Source: Phoronis australis (taxonomy: Eukaryota > Animalia > Phoronida). From it: a DNA stretch of 64,000 nt. Position 1 is the stretch's first letter, and every line of letters begins with the position of its first letter. A model generated the notes under the pieces. That model saw nothing but the letters and a program-made list of their open reading frames with translations. It did not search any database and was not told the origin of the DNA. The stretch covers positions 240,466-304,465 of the forward strand of contig NMRA01000191.1 of the NCBI GenBank assembly GCA_002633005.1. Reading direction: 5' to 3'. Shown piece by piece: positions 55,041-64,000 of this stretch. The translations under genes were made by a program, and so were the position numbers.

Positions 55041-56412
55041 CCGTATTCACCCTAATAATTGCCTATGCGCTAAGAAAAATTCGTTTCATATTGTAACCTA
55101 AGGCTGGTGAAACCCGGTCTTCGAAACCAGGTGAAATCGGAAGCTAGGATTCAACAAATTGATGTTCTGTTGATTTTCTACAAAACTGGGGTACATTGCT
55201 ACCAAACTTCATTGTTAAAGTAGATCGTTTTACACAAAATTGTGCTGAAATTCCAGGGCAAAACTCGCCGATGCATCACTGCCTCGCGATCGTTCATATG
55301 GAAAATTGAATAAAAATACAATTTTGACTGAACAAATTACCTGAAATCCTCACTTAAGTTATCCAAATAACGTCCTCTAAGATTTTCAAGTTGTTGTGGA
55401 GGTTAACTCCAAATCTGCGCAAGATTGTAGCCCGCAATATGAGAAAAATCTCTAAATGAACCCACGTTGTTGTCACATGACGTTTATTTTGAAGGTCGTC
55501 TGCGTGTGTTAGTGAGCGAGCTCGTGCATGCTATCAGTACTCATTTGCCAGAGTAAACGCAATGAAACAATCTAGGTGTGCATATTAATTAAAGAAATTA
55601 ACGTGTTTTATTTAGCAGTTGCTGGTCTCATCTACTATTAAAACGTTTGAGATTGTCTCGAACAGGCCGAATATACTGTCATTGAGTCGCCAGGTGACTG
55701 GATGCGTGACCGTGTGACAGCTGTTTTAAGTTCCATGAGATTCGGGTGTAAGGGTGCAAAAGTTTTTTACGGTATTAGGAACTTTCGGAAATTTGTGCGG
55801 ATGCTATGTTATCCCTTGTGTCATGAATAGATCGTTCCTGAAGACTAATGTCTGCGGTAACAGGTATGTAGCACATGCTTCCTGGCCATGTGCTTTTACC
55901 ACCAAGTTCTTTTTTATTCATGAGACGGTCGTCAGCTGATTGGCACGCTTCAATTCTCAGTTTTCACGTGTACTAAGAAATTTGCAATCCCACTGAGGTT
56001 AATAAAACTGGCAATTCCTCTTAAAAATAACGCAAAAGTGTACGTGAAACATTCAATCCCGTTGACAAGTACGCTGTGTCTGTCTGTAAGGCCAGACCAT
56101 AGTTGTACACATTCCTCGCGAGATCATCAAAACTTGCGTTTTTTTTAAGCACGTCGGAAATTTTAAGTGTGTTGTCACGGCTAAATACCGACACAGTGGC
56201 GGGGCTAGTGGTCTAGAAATCCCGCCCACAATGATTTCTTCAGGACTATCAGATCTTGTTGATAAATAGAAAACATTACTGTAGAAATTTAGGACTGTAG
56301 GCGAGTCATTTTTTGCATGTACACTTTCACGGGGTGAGCGCTTACTTCAGCGAAGTCTGAAAACGCGTGGGGGGGTGCTATAGGGCATGGGTGCTTATTG
56401 GGACGAAAACGG
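55041..56412. mobile_element. Older non-autonomous Tc1/mariner-type element (~1.37 kb), TA TSD
   Basis: ta|ccgtattcaccctaataattgcctatgcgcta vs reverse complement of right end ccgttttcgtcccaataagcacccatgcccta; CpG-rich interior. Confidence 0.75.
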
Positions 56413-59259
56413 TATTTAAAGGACTTGTATTTTCCAACATGACCCAGGACTCAGCTTTTCTAAATGGCTAGATTGTAATTAAAGTGACCAGTTACATTTT
56501 CACGTGGCTTACAGCAAAGAAACAGAAAATTCAAGCCATTATAGAAACTCAAAAATTGAAGGCTCAATTCTCATCCCACATTCATTTTCATTTAGAAGAT
56601 AGATGGATCAGGGGCATTCCATTACGATAAAATTTCATCAATTCAGGACACAGTACCTGAGACAGGTATTTTATCACTATTTCTACCAATGAGAAATGGG
56701 ATTAAACAGATGCTTGTCACGTTCAGGACTATAGCTACCCTCAGACAAAATAGAAACCTAAACATGAATTTGGGTAACATTACATTTTATAAACAAGGCT
56801 CTCATGTCAAAGTACATTTTTCTGGGAACACATAAAGCCATATATGAAAAGTTTGCTAAATGACCAATTGTATACGTACATTTACCAGTACATTTACCGC
56901 ATATTACTTGTTTTTCAAGACTCAAGGTCTCAAAAAAGGATCAGACTTGGCCACAAAGCCATTACAGACAAACATCTTTAGACCTCAAACAGCTGTTGAG
57001 TAGTACTATATTTCACAATATCACATTCTTTATCTTCAGTGTTTCACTGGGTTTTACAACATTCTAGCTTGGTCCAAAAATCATTTCAACCATTCACAAT
57101 ATTCAGTGAATCCTGGTATCTCTTACTCAACTCAAGTTCTTTAGAGCAGCATCAAGCGGTGGGAATGCTAACAGTGAATTAATTCTTGGGCCACAGCTAC
57201 AAGCACGCCCTCACTTAGCAGTAAACAGGTGGATGCAAAGCGTAGACACATCATTACAATGGGAACGCTTCACTTCCGTGCATCAAAAGTAAAAGTAGGG
57301 GTCGTTATGAACAACAACAAATGTTACATCATATTAAAGATTCGCAAATACTTTTTATTCACATTAATACCACAAGCAGTCCCTTTCAGTAATTAACTAA
57401 ACCCTTTCCACTTTTGATATTTAAAAAAATACACACAATAAAAAATATGAGTTCAAAATCACAGCGCTACCTTGCAATAATTTCGCTGACCCTGGTATCA
57501 CTAGGCAATAACACGGATGCCGGTAGAGTACCCCCCCCAGCCTCCACCACCAGCCTCCACCCCAAGCCTCCACCACCAGCCTCCACCCCCAGTAAGAAAC
57601 AAGTTGTTTACATGCACACAGTAGCAGATTTGACAAGATACAGACTGGTCCAGTACTGCGCATTCATTCCATTCACTAGCATTCACATTGTGGCATGCAC
57701 TCATCAGCCAAGTCTACATATTTCAACCAGCTTATAATCATTACTACCAGGATATACTTGGTACATACAAAGTGGTAGTCACCAGAGCAAGTATGGTGAC
57801 ACCATGTACCAAGTGCAGCAGCTACCAGTGCATTACACAGGGACCTTTGGCAGCTTTACTAGCCCAACATGTGCTCATAAGGGAAGAAGGTATTAGTGTA
57901 ATGTTTATCTGATAATACTTAGCAGAAATAAAAATAAATACCACATACTAATTACACAAATCCTTTGAGCCTTCAGAAATGTGCAGTATATATGTATTCT
58001 ATTTCTAATATGAATATACTATAGAGTGGTTGATTCAATGCAGAGGTGGGTGGGTGGGGGAGTAAGGGAATTGGAGACAGTGCCTTCACTTGCAACTTCG
58101 GACACCCTGTGGTTTTACATAATATTGAGAAACAGACAGAACTCGGAATCGGATTCCTTTCACAGTATTAGAGGTTTCGAACAGAATTTATACATTTCGA
58201 TAGCAGCTACCATTATTTTATTATGTTTTCGTTTTTATAACCTGGCAACAAACCGATAGACGATCGCTTTGCAGCAGACATGATCCAGGTAGTTCGTTCA
58301 TTCTGAAGGTGGTCCCTGTTCATTTCCTGTTTTGAGACACAATAAACTTGGCGTGCAGCAAGTTATTGCTGACGGAACTGCAGCACATTTCAAAAGAAAA
58401 CGCAAGACAACTCCAGAACATCTTAAATTACAATTTTGAGATAGTAAAACGGCATTTGAAAAAACAGAATTTTATGTTGCTACAACTAGCAGACCCAGCG
58501 AGGTCACCATACCTTATAAACCACATAATGTTTTTTCCTGCTTGTTATGAATTCTGGGGATGTCCAGCACATTCAAGTGGCTTTCAGTGACCAGACTTGG
58601 TACATAGGTATGTACATGTGTGTTTATTTACACAGACCACAGCTGAGGACATATACATAACAGATGGACTACATTTCCTAAGGCATTTCTGGCAAAGATA
58701 GAAACCAATCAGTGCTTAATCCCTAACTTGTTAAGTGATGGGTGAGAATGTCAAAAGCCAGTAGATACATAGGTACAGCAGATATCTATTGTACATACTG
58801 TATTTCATTCCAATTTGACCCCCCCTCCCCCACATAACTGGCTAAAGTAAAAACGCAAGCAATTTTGCCAGTAGTAAAAGGTCAGGGTCACTTTTGCTGG
58901 CACCTTTCTGGTGACTCAAGTTAACCCAAAACTGCAGGTATTTTCATTAGCTCTGTGGGTATTCAGTCAGACATTTCAAGAGACACCCATGCCCACGATT
59001 TAAGCAGCATTTACATATGAATATTACATTTACCCACCCAGACCAGCCACCATAGTAATGTGCAAAAATTACCTCCAAAAATTTTGTATGCGAGCGTATG
59101 TCATGCTATCTTTCTTGGTCCGAGAGAATGCATTGGATTTCGCTAATCCCCCTCCCCAGACCGATTAAAACCTTCCAATCTCCCTATGGCCACATTTTGG
59201 GAATAGAATTAAAACACTTCATATATTGTGCTCCATGGCAAATGGTGCGACACAATGTC

Positions 59260-59965
59260 ATGAAGTGCGCATGCGTTTGGTGAACCAGGTCTGGTATCTG
59301 CAGGTGGCCTAAGTGATACATTGCAGTTGTCAGATTTTGCTCATTTTTAACTGGTAACAAAATGACAATTAAAGGTACGTTGAAATGACGATTAGAATAG
59401 CGATCAAAATGACGATATGTGGCCTTGATTTGGGCCTTTGCTTATTGTTGCATATCCTCTAGCGCCACCTATGCTGAAAAGTGGACCTGTGGAAAGATGA
59501 TGAACGACACACGGAATTCCGTGCGCATGCCTTGGTCGGAAGTATACCAATCACATCACCACCACTTGCACACGCCTTTATGTACTGTAGTTGTTTGGGC
59601 TTAAGCCATTGGATAGGGGTTCCCATGATTTTATTCACTTTGATCACTACCTGTTTTAATAAATTGCAGCTATTCAGTAAACTGAAAGGGGATTCCTAGA
59701 CTTCAACCAATGGGAATGACTGAAAGATATGACGTCGGTTTCAATACTTTAACCAATGAGAAGCCATGTTAAACAACATGCCACAGTGCTACCTTTCGTA
59801 GCACTGTAAAAGAGTGTAATTGTTGTAGTAAACCATCACTGCAGTGAGTAAACGTTCTTTTTGCTTTACAAGAAGTTCCGATAGTGAGAAAACAGTAATT
59901 AACTGATGGCAAAAATTACCCCAACGCGGACAGCACATCTGGTTGGCTAAAATGGCTGCGCTTTC
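59260..59965. promoter_or_regulatory. Candidate cis-regulatory motif cluster
   Basis: tgcgcatgcg (59266, NRF1-like), tagcgccacctatgctg (59460, CTCF-like, reverse), ccaat at 59707 and 59753, tgacgtc at 59730, aaaatggctgc (~59948, YY1-like). Confidence 0.3.
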
Positions 59966-62900
59966 GCCGGTGAAATACCACTAGCACTTTTGCCACGATA
60001 TGTGAACCTAGTGTAAAAAAATTCAATTACAAATCAGCAGTTCACACAGTCTTTTGTTCAAATCCTCAGAAGATAAGACAGTGCCAGATCTTTCCTCAAG
60101 ACATGGCATATAGCTGCGATATGTGCTGGCAAAATAGGGGAAGTGAAGCAAACTTCTCTTAGGTCTTTTTAGACAGCAAGCAGTCCTCACCAAATTTCTT
60201 GATCTGAATCGAGACCATTTTAGTGGTCAAAATAAATAAGGAACAGGACTGCAACAGGAAGTTAGAACAAAATCTCCTGTGCAAGTGTTACAGACCACAC
60301 CATTAGGTAATTTTATGATTATATTAAATTATAAGGACCTGCTCACTCAATGACCCTGCTTTTCAGCTCTCCAAGTTAAAGCCCATTTTTAATTCAATAC
60401 ACATACACAGACATAATGTTGCCAAAACTCCTTAATGTCTGAAATACAAAGCAATGTTCTTTCCTGAACTCTAGTTTACATGTTTTAATAAAGCAACTAT
60501 TCCAGTGTTACACCTAATTAATAGCCATTCTTGGTCAATTGGGGGAATGATCAAAGAATGCCTAGAATGAGGCTTCCCTTACCCAAGGTATTCAGGTATT
60601 CGCAGATCTACCAGCTGCAGTCCAGTTGGAGTAAGAAAGAATACTTAAGGAATCATGACATTCCTAGATTCCGCTGGTTTAAAAACAAAATACACTATGG
60701 GTGGAAAATTGACACATCAACCAGAGATTTTCACGAAATATACTCAATGGTGTTTTGGAAAAACAAGCTTTGTTTGAATATTTACATGATAAGGAAGTTT
60801 TACTTTGGGGTCATAGAAAATACAAAAAAATAACTTTATGCAGCAGTGCTTCATCAATGTAGACAAATGTAACTTGTATTTATGATGACATGCGACTTTT
60901 ACTTCTAATAGAGCTAGAAAAAACAACCAATATGATGAAATGGCATGCATAGACAACATGGCAGCAAAAAGCATATATTATCTAATACATGTAGGTACGT
61001 TGTGGATAGTCCATCAACATGAGGCTTGAATGTATCAGACATCATTAGTCATGATAACACACATAGCTAGCCACTATATTTATGTATTAACCCACACTGG
61101 TATGAAAATCCGTCAATATTCAGAACCAGCCACAGATTTAAGTCCCCAAAATGAGGGGCCAAAGTTCATAGACTGCAAGACGTTAGCTCTCGATTATTAA
61201 ACAGAAACGACTAAGTCAATTCCACAATTGAACACTCTAACCTTGCCGACCAATCACTTCAATGGCTGCAATTTTGCTAGCATAGGCTTGGGTAAGCTCC
61301 AGAGCATTCATGCCTCTCACCCGCGTGATTTTGTGAGATCTTGCATTTTCATAAGAAACTAGATTTACGAAATACTCTTGCGATACCTGTAGGTCAAAGG
61401 TCATTCGTCTAAATAAGTTCGATAAAGAGCTTAAGTTTCAGAGCTATATTTATATGACTTGCTCTTGATTGAAATGGTGTGGTATTTGACATGCAGAAAT
61501 CCTTTAAAGAGATTATCAGAAATAGCATTATGACAATATCATTGTCTCGTGTAGAACGCAAATAATAAATGCCAACTTGAACAAAATCGAACAAAAAGTC
61601 AATGAATAGCACTGACTTATCTATAACATAAGATTTTGTTATAAATAAGATATCATGACTATGCATAGCAGTCTGTCTGTGCCTTTGTCTAAGTTCATGT
61701 TCACCTGGCAGAATGTAACCTGAAACGATTATGCATTGTGCGCTAATGCTCATAACCCTAACACCCGATTCAGACATGCAGATATAACACAGATTCAGTT
61801 CAAGAAAAACTGGGGGGTATCTGACAACTCATCACAGGACAACAATTATGTTTCATGTTTTTGAACTTGTCACATTGATAATCACAAGCCAAGTGGAGGA
61901 AATCATTCAGATAGCCATGCACATTTCATTAGGGAAGTTGCCATGCAATCTACAAGAGCATCAGATCAGAATTGTCATCAGGTGCCAGACCAGTGAATGA
62001 CAACAAAGGACAATATTCAGGGCATGTATCACACATGAGTGAAGTGGCAGTCTGTGCTTAGTTAAGTGCACAGATGATAATTACTTGGCTTATGAGCTTG
62101 GGTTAACACCCTGGGGACCTGAACTGGCGAGCCTGAAAACCGAGGGGAGATTAACCATAGATGGCGGTCTAACTCGAAAATTTTAAGAAATGGGAGTGGG
62201 TGCTTACAAGAACATGGCCGCTCAACTTGAGGCAGACAGTCGCACTCAGGACACCTATGACCTTCGCAACTGAAGTTTGAAGACCAGAAGTTCAAAGACT
62301 TTGCTGAATGGCTTGTTGCCGATGTGAAATTTGAATCAGCACACTTTAACAGACATATGTATAAGAGAAGTAAGTATGCAACTTGCAATAGGAGAAAATA
62401 CACAGTAAAAAAATTCCCCTAAATTTCAGGGCTGACCATCCATATCGATGCCATCTTAGTCATTGAACTTGCGAAGTCGGACCAATGCAAGCCCAAATTA
62501 AGAGGCAGTCCATATAAAAACCAGTAGATTTTCAAAAATCAGTCTATACGTCAAAATTTAAAACAACTTCATTTTTTGTACATGGGTAGGTATCCTAACA
62601 AAAACCCAAATGCCAAATTTTGCGCACTCAATGACCCCTAATTTCGCCGCTGGAGCATGATAACACAAATTGGCACAATTGGGCATATTAGCCGTCTCAA
62701 AAATCGCATGTTTTCAGCAACAAAAATGAGTAACATACAAAATAGATCAAAAGCTATATTTTGGTGGCTGAAATAACCAACGTATACTGTGCATAATTCT
62801 GTGCCATTTATTAAAATCTAACAGTTTTATGCTAGACAGGGGAGATAATCCACAGACCACTTTTTGGGGCTAATTTTAGTGGCCATTTTTGTGACCTTCT

Positions 62901-64000
62901 TACTGCCATAAAACACCTTGTAGCCTTATGTGACGTTTTGAACATACAGTTAAAGAGTTAGTCTTGATGACTGAGCAATAAAAAATCTTGCCTCAACTTT
63001 GCACTTTAGTGAAAATTGTCTTGCAAAACTGTCTATTTTCATAGTTTGGAAATGACGAGCAGAGTTTACAAACCATTTGAACAAACTTTTAGGCAAGAAG
63101 TCTGCTTTAAATAGTTATAGAAACCAAGTCTAAAGTCTTTCAAATGAAAACAAGATGTTTTCTGGGTTTATTACGCGGCNNATCTTAACTTTAAGTCAAA
63201 TTTAAGATAAAATTTCGATTTGTCTCAATTCCACTCCAAGAAAGTGATCTTTGACATAAGTTTTTTATTTGTTTTTTCTTAAGTTCGACTAACTTACCCA
63301 ACCTGAAAGTTTCAAAGATTGGAAGTTGAGACAAAAATGAACTCAACTCAGTTTCTTGAAATGAGCCCTAGCATTCCTTCACACGACTTTCTTTCACTTT
63401 CCAGTAAAACATTGCATTTTTGGCCAGAGTACTACGCCATCAGAAAGCAAGCAAACCAATCAACAGCTGTCTTCAATAGCTCAGACAGTACAAGTGCAAT
63501 TCCCCAAATATAAAGTCAAGAGATCACTGAATAGCTGGGGAAATCCCCAAAATAAAACACAACCTGGCATGTTTAATGAAAAACCAATGTCTACGAAATC
63601 ACCATCTGAAAAGCCGCAATGATTCAAGTGAGGTAGTCAAGTCAAAATGATAATTCCGGCTTTCCAGAGAATGGATTGAAAGAGGCGATGCCATGGTAAC
63701 ATTTCTTTGGTGTCACTAATATGATTTAAATCAATTTGAAAAGGGCAATGATGAGTGAATCAATTCTCTCTTTCACTTAAGACTCAACAGAAATCCTTCA
63801 ACAAGCAGCAACTCTGAGAAATTCTGATAGAGTCATCATCGTGGTTCGACAGAACCACTGGCCATGTTGGAAAACAGAGAACACAGGCATAACACAATAC
63901 CTGGAACTTCTCAATCTGTGCCCAGGGTGCTAAGTGCAGGGAATCATGGCGCAAATACTTGAACAATTTACCCCCAGGTGTAACCAGATAGACTTTAAAG

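Noticed and set aside
60560-60670. Imperfect hairpin as a miRNA candidate
   Set aside because: Complementary patches are short and interrupted
61409-61777. MSESGVRVMS... as the KIF13 first exon
   Set aside because: Lacks VAVRVRP and a donor at the expected place; the rest of the ORF is not kinesin-like

Overview
AT-rich (roughly 35-40% GC by eye), intron-rich eukaryotic DNA, most likely from an invertebrate metazoan (inference). The backbone is a minus-strand kinesin-3 gene of the KIF13A/KIF13B type. Eleven GT-AG exons (37034 down to 291) join in phase and encode most of the motor domain, the neck/CC1 and the start of the FHA domain. I did not find the first exons (expected VKVAVRVRP), which probably lie beyond 64000, and the gene continues below position 1. 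The main accessory feature is the ~18-kb motor-domain intron (14942-32993), which hosts two candidate antisense nested genes. One is a Ser/Thr-rich mucin-like type I membrane protein, cut off by an assembly gap. The other is a 68-aa single-pass microprotein with TATA, donor, Kozak and polyA signals. Their transmembrane helices share an IVIGS motif. Introns also contain many non-autonomous DNA transposons (PIF/Harbinger-type MITEs, TA-TSD Tc1/mariner-type elements) and a Helentron-like ~145-bp tandem array in which every monomer carries a CTCF-like motif. All calls are by eye, with no database searches.
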